A DNA stretch of 42,237 bases from assembly GCA_900617105.1 (NCBI GenBank), contig UYFQ01000726.1, positions 1 through 42,237 on the forward strand. The letters are read 5' to 3'. The notes under the pieces were generated by a model. It saw nothing but the letters and a program-made list of their open reading frames with translations. It had not been told where the DNA came from and made no database searches. Position numbers and translations under genes: made by a program. Origin of the DNA: Hydrurus foetidus. Its lineage: Eukaryota. Below, piece after piece: positions 29,045 through 42,000 of this stretch (position 1 is the stretch's first letter; each line of letters starts with the position of its first letter).

Positions 29045-30269
29045 ACTACTATCAAAATACACAGATAGCAGAAAGTTCAGGTATACCGTGTCACTCTCTA
29101 CCTCCCGAGAAGAGCTATGAGTACTACGTAGGCACGTGGCTGTGAAGACATCCTCGAAGGAATTCCTGTATAAACTGCAGTCGGAATCTGAGAGGATGAG
29201 TTGCGTCATTTCGTCAGATTTCCCCTCCGGAATGTCGCAATTCTTCACAATTTTACTTCGTATTCGGTTTCAATCTTATCCACCAATACGCCACCTTATC
29301 GCAGCATCATTTACATAGTGGGACAGAATCTCTGTGCCGACTGTACTGTTCCTTGCCGTTGCTACTCTTATCCCGAAGCGAGCCCACGCTCTTTCACTCA
29401 TTTCACTCCTTACTGCATTATCCTTTTCCTTTCAGCAGTACGCTTGTTCTGTTTCGTAAATTGGATGGTAGATAGATCAGTCAGATGATGTCATGCGAAC
29501 AAGTAGCAGCTTTACTGTACATACATCGTCATGATGGTCAGCACTTGCCGCACTTGTCTACCTTTTAATCTCTTGAAGAGATTAAGCGGCGCCAGAATGA
29601 GTAGGCTATGTCCCATCACTGACCCAAATATTATTATTTTACATTTTACCCTAATACGTCAGACAAGTCTGGACCTCATCTTGATCGGACGACTTGATCT
29701 TGCAGTCACCTTAATTCTATTATATGTTTGTTAAGAACATTTTTCCTCTCGCCTTTTATGCCATGCTTAAGTCTTGTTTTGTAGCAAGCAACAATTGCAA
29801 TGCAGATCAATGTCCATCTCCTTATAGACGACTGAGATGGAGACGATATTCGCAAATTATACAACTGATGAGAGTATTGATAAAATTAAAAAAAATGTTG
29901 CGCAGTAATATCGACTATTTCTTTTACTACGAAATGAGACGTATGGTTCGACAGATATTTCGTTAGATATGACCTCAAATTAATCAATCATGCTCTATTG
30001 TCAGGATATCAGCATTAAACGAAAATAAGAATTTTAAGAAGAAATATTTACTATCAAGTGCTCTCATTATCGTTTGATTTGAAGACTGCTTTATTTATAA
30101 AAAGATCGTCGGAGAAGTAAAAGTAGGTATGGTGCAGTACCATATGACAAATGAGGCGTCTGACTCCATGCAACTTGAACGATTTAGTTACTTTTATTGT
30201 CGCAGCAAATGTACACTATAGATACATATTTCATATCCATGAAGTATAGAGTTGTTCTTCCTTCCTCCT

Positions 30270-31196
30270 TCAAAGTGTCCTGTTGCAACAGAATCCGTTG
30301 TGGAATAATTTTACTGTGAGGTGTTTCAGGGATGATAAGGAATAGAAACTGAAGTAGAATAGAATGTCCAGTAGAAATAGTAGCGTGTACATCGCATAGC
30401 AATCAGCGGTGTCTACAGCCAAGAAAGGATACGGCCAGTCAGGAATGCTTCCCAACACAACTAGTGGCCAAATGAATATTAGGTACATCATCGCAAAAGA
30501 GACATTGTACGTAAAATGGTCGACCCTTATACACATGTTGTTGAAAATAAGTTCGATAAGTAGAGTTAGAAATGGAATTAAATGTGCGCTGATATTCCGG
30601 AACGACATGTCATGGTTTATGACGGCGAAATTCACAACTGTTACAAAGAAAGATGAGCCACCACAAATTTCAAATAAAATTCTAGTTATCCGACCAAGCA
30701 ACGCAGAATTGGTGTGTACTCGAATGGGTTCCATAACTGCCACGGCACTGGTTCCCGTGGACGTCTCTACATCACCAGTTGTTTCTTTTTCGTCCGAAAG
30801 TTTGCGACTAGAATAGAGACCAATTGCAGAGCAAATCGAAGATAGCAAATAGTACAGTGATGATAACTGAGCGTTCCACAGAGTGAAATAAAACCATTGA
30901 TGTCGAGAATAAAAGTAGTTCCATGAAACGGACACACTCAATATATATATGAAAGACGCAATTCTTGTTGCAAAGAGAACATATTTAAGTTTCGGATGAA
31001 AACTCTCATATGTCGATTCGAAGTCGAATGTTTCATCAACATTTTCGATGCTCTCATCGCATGAGTTTGTATCACATAGGCATCCTTTGCACCATTGCCA
31101 GAAACGCAATCGGAAGTTTCCGAAGAAGTAAAGGGCTAAAGCATACTCCAGCAGAGCCACCATTATAAGTCCTGGTAAATAAGAGAATTTTGGCAT
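30270..31196 (-). CDS. Multi-pass membrane protein, rolling stone / FAR-17a/AIG1-like
   Basis: About 7 hydrophobic segments; YFTLWN, a conserved His (SAHLIP) and WPYPFL motifs; intronless. Confidence 0.7.
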   Translation of the reverse strand: MPKFSYLPGLIMVALLEYALALYFFGNFRLRFWQWCKGCLCDTNSCDESIENVDETFDFESTYESFHPKLKYVLFATRIASFIYILSVSVSWNYFYSRHQWFYFTLWNAQLSSLYYLLSSICSAIGLYSSRKLSDEKETTGDVETSTGTSAVAVMEPIRVHTNSALLGRITRILFEICGGSSFFVTVVNFAVINHDMSFRNISAHLIPFLTLLIELIFNNMCIRVDHFTYNVSFAMMYLIFIWPLVVLGSIPDWPYPFLAVDTADCYAMYTLLFLLDILFYFSFYSLSSLKHLTVKLFHNGFCCNRTL

Positions 31197-31685
31197 AATG
31201 ACTGTCCTCAAAATTTTAATACGATTGATGGCCGTAGTAGCCTACGGCAATCTGCAGAATCAACACTCGAAGCATCGCCTATATCGCGATTATAAGGACT
31301 GAAAAGCGTTACTCCATCGTTTTTTAACGTCCATCTTCCAAGAGATAACTTGAAGAATTTAGAATCTCTCCGAAACGAAACCCGAATCTCGGAGGGAGGG
31401 TTCCGGTTTTTGGGGGAAAATAGTCGAGAAACAGAAAATTAGATGCTGTAACATGCATGTGAACAAAGGCTTCAATACTACATAGCTCGAGCTCGAGCTC
31501 AATCGAAGTTTTCAATTGGTGAGACGAACTATATTGTTCATAATATCATCAAAAACCTTTCGATCTGCGAAGTTAACAGCAGGTGGGCACCTAGAGGGCT
31601 GCCAAATTGTATCGTGACGGCGAAGGAAAAAAACGGAAGCCTATCCACTTCAACAGACGACAACGAAGTTAAAACGTCAGGCCGG

Positions 31686-34600
31686 ATGACAATCATATGT
31701 TCTGTTAGTGCGAGGCTTATCGCATATAAAGCAGCCAATGCCAACTTCGCTGATAAAGATGCCGATGTGGTTGTGATGATAAAGAAACTCTCGGATAAGG
31801 ACAACTTGTTTCAATTTAGATCAAATAGAGGAGAGCCCGTGATTCTTGGAGCAACGGATCTTGATGATGTGGATATTGAAGGCAACTCCAACTTTATTGA
31901 AGCAAATTTTGGTGATTATGGGGGTTGTAACCAGCAAATATTTTCAATTGAAGACAGCATTGAACGGAACATCTTCAAAGAAGCAGTGTTAGAATGTCGA
32001 ATGCTATCAGAAATGACTCTGCGATTAGAGTCATTTGTGAGGGACGTATACTTTGCTGGGATACACTCTGTGCAGGATGCAGAAGGTTGTGGCTCACTAT
32101 TGAATGATATGATACAGAGCTTACGAGATCAGCAACGTATACCTACTGAGTTCAGCATATTTAACATGACGGATGAAAAAAATTCTGACAACGATGCGAC
32201 TGGATGTAAAACAACAGTTAATGCTCGTCCTAGCGTGATCGAGAAAACGAAGCCCCACAACATCGCAGAGATGAATTGTGTCTTTTGTGGCGTACAGAAG
32301 ACGATGGAGATTGGGAAGGATTTTGCTATTCATCCGTACGTTCCAGCAACTTTTGAGAACAAAAACATTTATATGTGTCTACCCTGCCTGCGCAATTGGA
32401 AAGAATTTCGCGAGAAAGCAATATTCGACAAACAGCTCATTTTGAAAGACGAGGTCAACGAAGAGTTGTGCGGTGAGTAAGTTTCATTAAACATAGCACT
32501 CCAGTTTCGTTTTCTCCATTTTCGAAAGCTCTTAATTTGTGTTTGCTACTGTGTACATTAATCTGTAGGCATCTGCTCCGACACTCCCGCAGAATTGATA
32601 ATGTGCTCAGAGTGTCCTAGATCGTTCTGCAATGGATGTCTAATGCGCATTCTTAATGAGAAGGAAGTCAAAGAATTAGACAGCTTTACTGACTGGATAT
32701 GCATGTGCTGTCACTTGCACATCAGCTCTGACTCTCCTGAACTTGACATTTCCAAGTGGAGTATCGTGAAACCTGCATTAGGGAAGAGGGTAAATTCTGG
32801 TATGTCTTTATTCTCTAAAACAAATGCTGCGCGGCTCAAGAAAATAATGGAAGTTGATGACGACGGTAACAATAACAACGCCACTACGAGCAACAAATAT
32901 CGGGAGCATGAAAACATGAATCACGATAATCAGAAGAGTGATGCCGTTATTCAGAAAGCTGCCATCATTCAAAAAGCGGGACTAGCTGCAACCACAAGTC
33001 CTGATAAAGTAAGCGGTAAATCTTCGTCAACGAGCTCGACTAAGAAAGTGAAGGAAATTTGTGACCAGAAAGAGGCAGATAAGAAAGAAAGCGAAAGTCT
33101 GCCTGTAATAGCAGATCCATCTTCTCCTGAAGACTTACCTTATTTGGACGACTTTGATGACGGTTCAAGCAGTGAAGAAGAAAAGGAGAAAGAGGAGGAG
33201 AAGGTTTGGGAGAAGGATGATGATAATGATGACGACTGCAATCTTATAATGTCCCTTCCACAGCAAAGATTTCCAAATTCTGGGAATTTCTGCAAAGATA
33301 TTGAAATGGCTGATTCTGATATAGCAAGTCCAAGAAAAAGGAGACCTCCCAACAAAAAAGTCAAGCAAGCGCCTTTGTCTACGCCAGTGAAGATTTTAAA
33401 TTCGAAGAGTGTGAAGAAAAATGCGAAAAGAAAACCCTCGATTGACTTGAACAGTAGTCCTGCTGATATTTTGCCACCTGTCAATACAGCAGTTGACGAG
33501 GTCTATTACTTCTCTCAATATGTTCAAGTACGTTAATATCATCGCTACTGTATTGCATTGTCCATGTAGATATAGCGTGCTGTGTCGGATGGACAGAAGA
33601 ACACTATCTACCATACCTTAGTCACAATTTGATGATATGCTGACTTCCTGTGTGACTTCCAGTGACGGAAAAAATGATGCCCAGCATTACAATTATATCA
33701 AACCTCTGAGGATCACAAAATTGTGCCACATTCCGTTAAATATCACGTTGATTGGGTGACGTTTTCTGGCACAATTTCACGATTCTCAGAGATTATGTAA
33801 AACTGTAACGCTGGATATGACACACCTCTCCTTTTACTTGACTTGCATCGTACTCTCTCTTCTCATCTACTGATTTCTTAAATTTCATATATTGATTTCA
33901 TAAAATAAATCATACTACTGACTTCATATGTCTTTTTTACATTACCAATTTTATGTACTTCAGTACTGATTATATGCTTTTTTTTCGTAGTATTATGACG
34001 GCATGTGTCAAGAAGCGGGCAGAACAGTCGAAAAGAAGGCATCTTTAACTGATGACGTATGCTTTCTTTGTAAAGATGGAGGGGATTTAATAGAATGTGA
34101 CGATCTGAAATCCAAACACTTCGACTCTAGACGAAGATGCAGGAAAGTATACCATAGCTATTGTCTCGCATACGTTGTCGAAGATGACGGTCGTGACTGG
34201 AGGTGTCCACGACATTTCTGTGATTTTTGTGGTGTGGCGAATTTGAAGTACGTGTGCAAGTTCTGTCCCATGAGCATCTGTAAAAGCTGTCCATCTGCAA
34301 TGGTCAAAAAGGTGAGGAATGACAGACTATGCTGTAGAGCATGCCATCCCTCAACTGAACATTGAATTAATCAACCCAACATCATAATTTTTTCTAGGTC
34401 CATTAACACCGATCACTGATCTTCTCTATTCTTAACTAACACTAATTTTATTCAGTATGGACTTGCGCGTTACAAAATTGTTGAAACGCCGAGTACGGGA
34501 GAGTTTGCTGGCAAAGTGACTACAATAGTGTGTCAGAACTGTCTAGATATGTATCAAAGGTGCCTCACGAGAGGACCAGAAATCAACGATTTTTCAGACT

Positions 34601-35316
34601 ATACTCGGCAAATAATGTCAAGTGGTACAGAATTGCGATTTGCAGATTTGCCTGGAGAATTATCGGAGGGAAAAAATTCGGAATCATTTGACAAAATTCA
34701 AGAAGTCAAAACTATTAGCCCTCATTCAAGATCGAGCAAAAAAGACAAAGTGGCTGACTCATCGAAGACATCGTGCGTTGATAATTTGGCTCCGCTGAAT
34801 TTTGCCGAGATAAACTGTCGATGTCCGAGCGTACCATCCAGCAAGGCCAGACGCTGCGATAAGATCCTGAATCTTCCCCACACAGGTCTCTGCACAGATG
34901 CCTTAATATCGGAACAGCCTGAAACTAAAATCAAAAGTCGCAAAAGGAGATCACAAGGCGAGGTAGATGCCAGTCTTCCTATCGTTAAAACTGTACCTTC
35001 TGAAGAGGCACATACGAAGAGCAAACCAACTGAAGATGACAAGGACGTATTAGATGTTCCGAAGAAAATAAGAAGGCGACCGAGAAATCGCAATTCTGAT
35101 TCTGCCTCTGTCACATCCCAATCAGATCAAATGAAAAATTACGTGGGTTATGTAGAATTGCAAAGTGTCGCGGAACTCCCGGGTGATGATTGTTTCGCGG
35201 TCTCTAAGAATACTGTCGACCCAATCCCATTTGACTGTACTGGTAGCTACGATCCAACAGACACTGGAAACAACGCTGTTACTACTGATGTGACAGCTGA
35301 AGCAGATAGCGATTAA
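31686..35316 (+). CDS. Chromatin-reader protein with an ATRX-type ADD domain and an NSD/NERD-type PHD + Cys-His finger; exons 31686-32472, 32569-33527, 33991-34311, 34456-35316 (~975 aa)
   Basis: CVFC..HPYV..CLPC..ELCGICSD..LIMCSECPRSFCNGC..WICMCC (ADD); DDVCFLCKDGGDLIECD..CRKVYHSYCL..WRCPRHFCDFC..CKFCPMSICKSC..VCQNC; three in-frame GT-AG introns. Confidence 0.85.
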
Positions 35317-35873
35317 CCAAATCTGAATGACCTTGTTTCCCCTGACTCACCAATTTGATGACGTGGCAAGCTATTACACTTCCGTTTGAGGTGCTCATGT
35401 AGAAGCAGTTGAGGGTTCACTTTTCACTTTAGGCGCGTTGTGAAAGGTTCACTGATCCATGGAGGTTCCTAATTTTCACGACCAAATGTCATTGAACGTC
35501 CATAGTAATTCCACTTGCACTGATAAAAGATTTCGTCTGATGTGAATTTACCAACCGCGCTTCACTTTCTATACATCAGTTTCGAAAAAATGAATATTGA
35601 AAACACTCGGAAGAAAATCGAATTCTCGGAACCATCGCCTCACTTCGTACATCTCCCTGTTTGGCGGCCAAAGGGATCAGGGACACAGGAGCTTTGCTTT
35701 ATTTAGGTGTTATAGACTCTATTTAAATGTGATAAAAAGAAAGGGAAAAAAATGTCAATAAAAGAACTGCGAGAAATTTCAACTCCTCTGATGTGGCTTT
35801 CACTCAGTTTCGTTCAAAAACAAGTGTGACAGGCAGCTGTGTCATGATGTAAAGATGATGATACCAAATTTGG

Positions 35874-36614
35874 TTAGGTGAGTTGTTTGAGGGGTCCGGG
35901 TCCATCCAGAAGCCGTTCAATTAATGTCACTGCAACATAACCTACAGTCAGAAAAAGCCCCACTTTGTAGGCCTCTTTAGGTAAACCAGGAGCTATATCT
36001 AGCACGGCTGCAATCGCTAGGACAATATAGCGAGGAAATTGCTTCTGATTGTATTTTTGATGGTAAGTTTCTGCAACATAGAATGTTTCTCTCTCCCGTA
36101 TAGTAATCAATTTTGAACGAGGATCGCCTTTGGCAGCTAATACGTTTATTCGTTTCTCAGCTTTTTCTTTTTGCTCCAAGTTATCAACCCAAATAATACT
36201 CTGATACTGTCCTAGACCATTTCCAAATGAACTGACGTCCCTGTCGAAGAAGACATCTAATATCTCATCGTACGTTACTTCAGAGTCTTCATACTCGATA
36301 CGAACTGCTTCAATATGCCCATCTCCAGCGCACACTGACTTATAATTTGGAGTCTTGTTCTCGCCACCACTATATCCTGCTTTGGAGTCCTTGATTCCAG
36401 GCATTTTGTCGAACTTCTCCTGTGGGCTCCAGAAACATCCCATGCCAACAGTAGCCTCTTGCCTTGCCATTCTAAGAGATCCTCCTCTATTTAGTGGAAG
36501 TCTCGACTTTGACGGAATGCCGCATTGAGTGAAGGAATAACTTCGATCAAGAATTGAAATGGTCAAGAGTGCAGTCAATATGCTCGGGAAGTGATGGAAC
36601 CATATTGATGTCAT
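35874..36614 (-). CDS. msrA: Peptide methionine sulfoxide reductase MsrA, probably plastid-targeted, with C-terminal hydrophobic helices
   Basis: GCFW, GYSGG, PNYKSVC, GHIEAV, GQYQSII, FYVAETYHQKY; N-terminal signal peptide ending SYS-F. Confidence 0.92.
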   Translation of the reverse strand: MTSIWFHHFPSILTALLTISILDRSYSFTQCGIPSKSRLPLNRGGSLRMARQEATVGMGCFWSPQEKFDKMPGIKDSKAGYSGGENKTPNYKSVCAGDGHIEAVRIEYEDSEVTYDEILDVFFDRDVSSFGNGLGQYQSIIWVDNLEQKEKAEKRINVLAAKGDPRSKLITIRERETFYVAETYHQKYNQKQFPRYIVLAIAAVLDIAPGLPKEAYKVGLFLTVGYVAVTLIERLLDGPGPLKQLT

Positions 36615-36843
36615 TCACACGTCTAATAATTTGGCTACCACTGATGAGATAGTTGGAATTATAAATTGTCCACCGTTTGGCGAGTCGAGCTGACTTACAG
36701 GACGGCGATAGAGGCTTTCACGTTTCACAAGTTAATTGAAAATGGGTTTGCTTTGTAAGCAAGACATCAATCATAAATGAGACTGTGAACTGTGATGCAT
36801 TTTTCATTTTTCGATGGAGTGATGACTCGACTCGATCACTCTT

Positions 36844-37084
36844 TGTCAAGGAATTCGACCCAAAGTCTAGAAGACAAAAGGAGGAAACAGAATTGCTTAA
36901 AGGTTACAACTTTAAGTTATGTGAACGAATAGCAGGATCGAATAGAGAGATGGACGAGATGTATGTGCGAGTGAACGGAGAATGAAAGATGGGCATGAAT
37001 ATTGTGTTTGCAGGAGTGTAGTCCGTTGCGTGCGTGTGTGGGCCCGTCACGGGTGACCGGATGATAAGCAGTGATACACTGACA
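36844..37084 (-). repeat. Candidate 3' LTR of Copia 2 (241 bp)
   Basis: TGTCA...TGACA inverted termini 130 bp after the pol stop; no partner LTR in the window and no clear PPT. Confidence 0.5.
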
Positions 37085-37213
37085 TGCGCCGGTAAGCTAT
37101 ATTGGGAGCGAATGCATATGAACAAGCAATATAGATGAATAAAAAGAAAGGAAGAAGTATGATTCCGTGTGCGTGTGCGTGTGCGTGGTATGTAGAATAT
37201 ATACAAGTGATAT

Positions 37214-38615
37214 TTATGAAATGGATGGGGGTGTATGTTGGGGACCAAATAGTTGGTTGCGAAACCAGAGGAATTTGGAGGGGGGTAGGCTTTTAGTGAG
37301 GCCATCTGCTAGCATATCATTTGTGCCGATGTGTTTAGGGAAGATTTGTTTTGATTGGAATAGCCAGCGGATGTAGTGTTGTTTTAGGGCGATGTGTCTG
37401 GATTTGCGCGTTATTTGAGGTGCTGTTGTAAGATTAATTGCTGGCTGATTGTCTTCGAGTATGACGGTAGGTGCTGTTTGAAGGAAGCCGATGTCGGCTG
37501 CGAATTGACGAAAGTACAGGACGTGTTGGGCACAGCGACCTAAGGCAAGGTATTCAGCTTCACAAGGGCTTAGAGCGATTGCCGAGGCTTCGGAAGAGGA
37601 GTGGGTGACGAATGGGGGGGTGTTTGTGCCGATTCGGATAAGGTAGGCGGAATGGCTACGGCCGTTTGAGTGACAGGCGTGGGAAGAGTCGGCTGCTGCT
37701 GTGATAGTGACACCGTCGGGGTATGCTGATGGGTCAGTTGGAAAGGTGGGCCCAAGATCTGGGCAGCTCTTGAGGTATCTAAGGACGTGAAGTTGCTTTT
37801 TGAAGTCGGATCGATTGGGATTACTGTTGCGAGTACAGAGGTGGACTACCTCTTTACGAATGTCATGTCGTATGGGCAGGAGGAAGACGAGGTTGCCATT
37901 GACGCTGAGAAATCTTGTTTTGTCGACTGGGGTAAGGTCAGTTGGATCGGAGAACAGGTCGGCTGTGGATGGAGTGAGGGCTGGCGGAACGAAATCCATG
38001 CCTGCTTTGTGTAGGAATCTTCGAATGTGTGGGCCTTGATCGAGGGAACATGAGTTGTCTGGATGTCGTGTGAGGCGAACCCCACAGACACCCGTGGAGG
38101 CATCGTGAATTCGATGGGTCCATAGTGACTTGTTAGGATGTTTTCAACTCGGCTAGGAGTGAGTGGAGCACGTCACATGCCAGCCGTCATCGACGTGCAT
38201 GTTGAGGGTGAGAGAGTCGAGTGGGTTGTCTGGGCAGCGTTTGTGGAATGAGTGTGGGTCGGATGCGGTGGGGAGGAATCCTGCCTTTGTGAGGAGGAGA
38301 GTAAGGTCCTTGTCATACTCGTGGTTAGCCTGTTTGATGCCGTAGCAGCATCCAGTGATTTCTGCAAGTTTGCCGGCGAGTGGGCTAGGGAGATCGGAGG
38401 GAGCTTGGCAATTAGTTGGTGTCCGTTAGTCATCTCACGGGTAAGCTTATTATGAAGGAATGCACCCGGGAAATCGAAATCTCCGATCTGGAGGCGGTCG
38501 AGGCAGCCTCGGTGGGTAGAATCAGCTATGTAAGCATGGAGGAGGAACGCTCGGTTTGTTGTGTCTGAAGTGCCGGCGTAGGTGTCGTTGTAGGTTTTAC
38601 TTGGTTGCTTGCTGC
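37214..38615 (-). pseudogene. Copia RT-RNase H remnant (frameshifted)
   Basis: GSKQ..YNDTYAGT, DFPGAFL, HVDD, VLRYLK, ADSSHA, LSPCEAEY, EDNQPAI, KSRHI, MLADGLTK. Confidence 0.88.
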
Positions 38616-38878
38616 TATGGCTCTGATCGGGACCTAGGACGATGGCACCGAAGTTGGTAGGACAGAGGGCGGGACACGGAGGGACGAAGGAAAGCGACGT
38701 TGTTAGGATAACGTTGTGATTATAGTTTACAGTTAAAGGATAGGTGATGTACAGTCTCCTAACAAGGCGGGAGTTCTATGTAGAACTAAGACCCAAAACT
38801 GGAATCTGGGCGTATTGTACCTATTGTACCTAGTTAACCTAGACACATTGTATCCACCTAGGGATGCATAAGGCTACA
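38616..38878 (-). repeat. 3' LTR of Gypsy copy 2 (263 bp)
   Basis: Starts TGTAGCC right after the PPT; homologous to 3308-3569; ends where the Copia RT frame resumes. Confidence 0.8.
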
Positions 38879-38898
38879 CTACCCCTTCTTCCTTTTTT
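38879..38898 (-). promoter_or_regulatory. Polypurine tract AAAAAAGGAAGAAGGGGTAG
   Basis: Purine run directly upstream of the LTR TG. Confidence 0.85.
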
Positions 38899-39078
38899 GA
38901 AAATCAACATCAATATGTGTTAGAGAAAAAAAGTATATGTATATATATATAGCGTATAAAAACTTGAAACGATTATGTCAGACTTTTACTGACTAAACTC
39001 TCCAAAAAAGACCCGTAGGTAAAAAAAATGGGAGAGAATCCTCATGGATAAAGTTTCAAGGATATATGTATATAAAAG

Positions 39079-42000
39079 TCAACGATGTTGTTTATTGATT
39101 AAATTGGTCATACTATTATGACGTAAATAATCATGAAGTTTAACAACGTCACGAAGACTTGAATAAGGTTCCCAAGTGTTTTTGTCAGAAGGGTAATTTA
39201 ACCACTTGACTAAAAACTCTATGTGGGTGCGTTGATGTTTACCACGATGTTCAAGAATATCTTCAACGAAGTATTCCATGTGATCACGTCGTGCAACATC
39301 TAACGGATTTGTGATTGATGAGTCAAATAGAAAAGGTTTCATGGAAGATACATGAAATTCTGATGTTTTCTGAGTGACGAGATCATATAAAGTGTAACGC
39401 GAATTTTCGCCACTAACGACTTTTAATGGACCTCTCCAATGCGTGTGAAGACGTGAAGGAGGTGATCCATCGCGATAGTGCACCAAGACATAAGAGTCTT
39501 TTGGATACTCTACATGTTGAAAGATTTGAGACTGACTTTGATGAAGCAAATCTGTGCGAAGAAGTTCTTTAGCCGAAGCTTTAAGAAGGCTTTCTTGCGT
39601 TTTGAGCAGATTGCTCATACGCTTTGACAAAGGTTTGTCATCAGTAACGTTTCGCTCAGCAGGAGGTAAAAAATTCCTCTGTCGAGTTTCAGTACATTTC
39701 CGAAAAGAAGTTGAGAAGCTGATATCTTTAAACGATCACTGTGGTTAGAATTTAAAATTCGTTGCACAAAAGGAAGTGATGTTTTATAATCTTCTAGTGT
39801 GACATTATCGAATGTTAATGCACGAAGATGTCTATTAACTTCTTTATTCATGCGCTCAACAATAGCATTTTCTTCTTTAGAGTATGCTAAAGTAAGACAA
39901 TGTTGAGTGCCAATAAGAGTTAGAAACTCTTTGATAACTTCGGAAATGAAGTGTGGCCCATTATCAGAACGGAGTTGGAGAGGTGCGCCGAAACGACCGA
40001 AATGTTGCAAGAGGCATTTAGCTGTTGAAAGTGCCGTAGCATCTTCTGTATGAAACAGTTCAACCCATCTTGTGAACGTATCGATAATTACGAGTACGTA
40101 CCCGCCGTCTGGAAACGGTCCTATGAAGTCTATGTTAAGGCATTCCATAGGTGTGTAAGTAGAAGTTGAGAAGCCATGAGCATGTATTGGTATCTTTAAC
40201 ATACTCATCTTCTGACAACACGAACAGTGATCTATGAACCACCTGACATGCTGTCGCATATATTGCCAAATTTCATTATTATCTTTGAGACGCTTTAGAG
40301 TGCGCTCTAGACCGAAATGTCCAACTTGTGAGTTGTGTACTTTACTGATAATATTGTACTGCTCACGTGTTAGTTTAAATTTCTCAATAATATTAGCAGA
40401 CATGATTGCATCAGGAGTATATTCCTGAGGGAAATCAACCATGTTATTGCGACAGAGTCGAGACATCGAATCAGCTATATCATTGTTAGATCCAGGTATA
40501 TACTCAATCTTAAATGAATATTCGGATAAGGCCATAAACCACCGAACAATCATTGGATTTGAATTATCCTTGATGTATAACAAGTTACGATGATCTGTTC
40601 GTAATGTAAACAAACGATCACGTAATAGCGATTTTAAATACGTGCACGAATAAAAGATAGCATATGCTTCTTTTTGTATAACAGCCCAACGAAGCTGAGC
40701 TTTGTTAAGTGATTTACTGACAAATGCTATGGGCGTCTCTTGACCGTCAACTAACTGGAAAAGATAGGCACCTACACCATAGTCCGATGCATCAGTGTGC
40801 AAGTAAATCGGATCGGTGTCACTTAAAAAGTGCATAGTCGTGCATTTAGAAATCTCGGATTTGATCAAATTGAATGCTCTGAGAGCTTCTATTGTCCAAG
40901 TTATTTTCTTATACTTATTATAGTTAAGAAGCAACTGATGTAACGGGTATACAACAGTAGAAGCGTTTCTAACAAAGTCGTGAAAATAATTAACCAATCC
41001 TAAAAAACTTTTGAGTTGTTTAGATAGTACTGGTTTAGGAAAATCTAAGACAGTCCGTATTTTTTCTTGTGACATTCTAAGTCCATCCGCAGATAGAACT
41101 TTGCCAACATAGTCTATTTCGGCATAGCCTAGATAACACTTATTCGGTTTAAGGAATATTTTGTGTTTTCTAAAGCGTTCAAAACAAGACGAAGTCTAGA
41201 AATGAGTTCATCAATGTCTTTACCGAAAACATTGCAATCATCGATGTACATTTCGCATATAGAGTATATCAGACCTGCTAACACAACAGTCGTCATGATC
41301 TGTTGGAAATAGGAGGGAGCTTGTTTTGGCCCAAAGGGTAAACGAGTGAATTGATATACTCCGCAGAAAAGTATGAATGCAGTAAAAGCACGTGCAGCGA
41401 GTGTAAGTGGTGCTTGATGATAACCTTGAGTGAGGTCAAGTACAGCAAACACTTTTGCTTTATGTGCACCTATTCTACGCAACATCTCACCGATGTGTGG
41501 AATAGGATGTGATTTATCTTCGGTACAATTGTTGAGATTCCGAAAATCAATACACATGCGCTTAGTTCCATCAGATTTTGGAACTAGTAAAACTTGGCTA
41601 TAATAAGCCGCGTTTGATTTTTCAACAATTTATGTTTTTCAAGTTTGTTAATTTGACTAAGAATGTCAGCTTGATCAACTGTTGATTTAGACCATGGAGG
41701 TTGTCTATTTTTAGGGACTTTCCATTGGTCGTCATTGACATGAAAGTCAAAAGGTGGAATATCAGCAGGAGTGGCCGAAAGTTCACTGCTAAATATATCC
41801 TTGAATTCGTGTACTAGTAATCGAAGTTTATTTTTCTGATCTTCATCACCTGCTAAGTTTATTAGCGAGAGTGGGTCAGTATCAGGAAATTCATCTATCC
41901 AAGGTGAAAACGAGTCCTTGATCGAGTCGTCGATTTCATCCTCAATCAGGCACAGCCTCAAAAAGTCTTTCAGACTCTTGTATTAGTGAAGCTAGAATAA

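Larger units (their letters stand above)
36844..38615 (-). mobile_element. 3' portion of a second Ty1/Copia element, interrupted in RT by Gypsy copy 2
   Basis: RT/RNase H remnant followed by a candidate 3' LTR. Confidence 0.85.

Noticed and set aside
29045..30269. Small ORFs between the sedolisin and membrane-protein genes
   Set aside because: Short, overlapping and motif-less; consistent with UTR/intergenic sequence.
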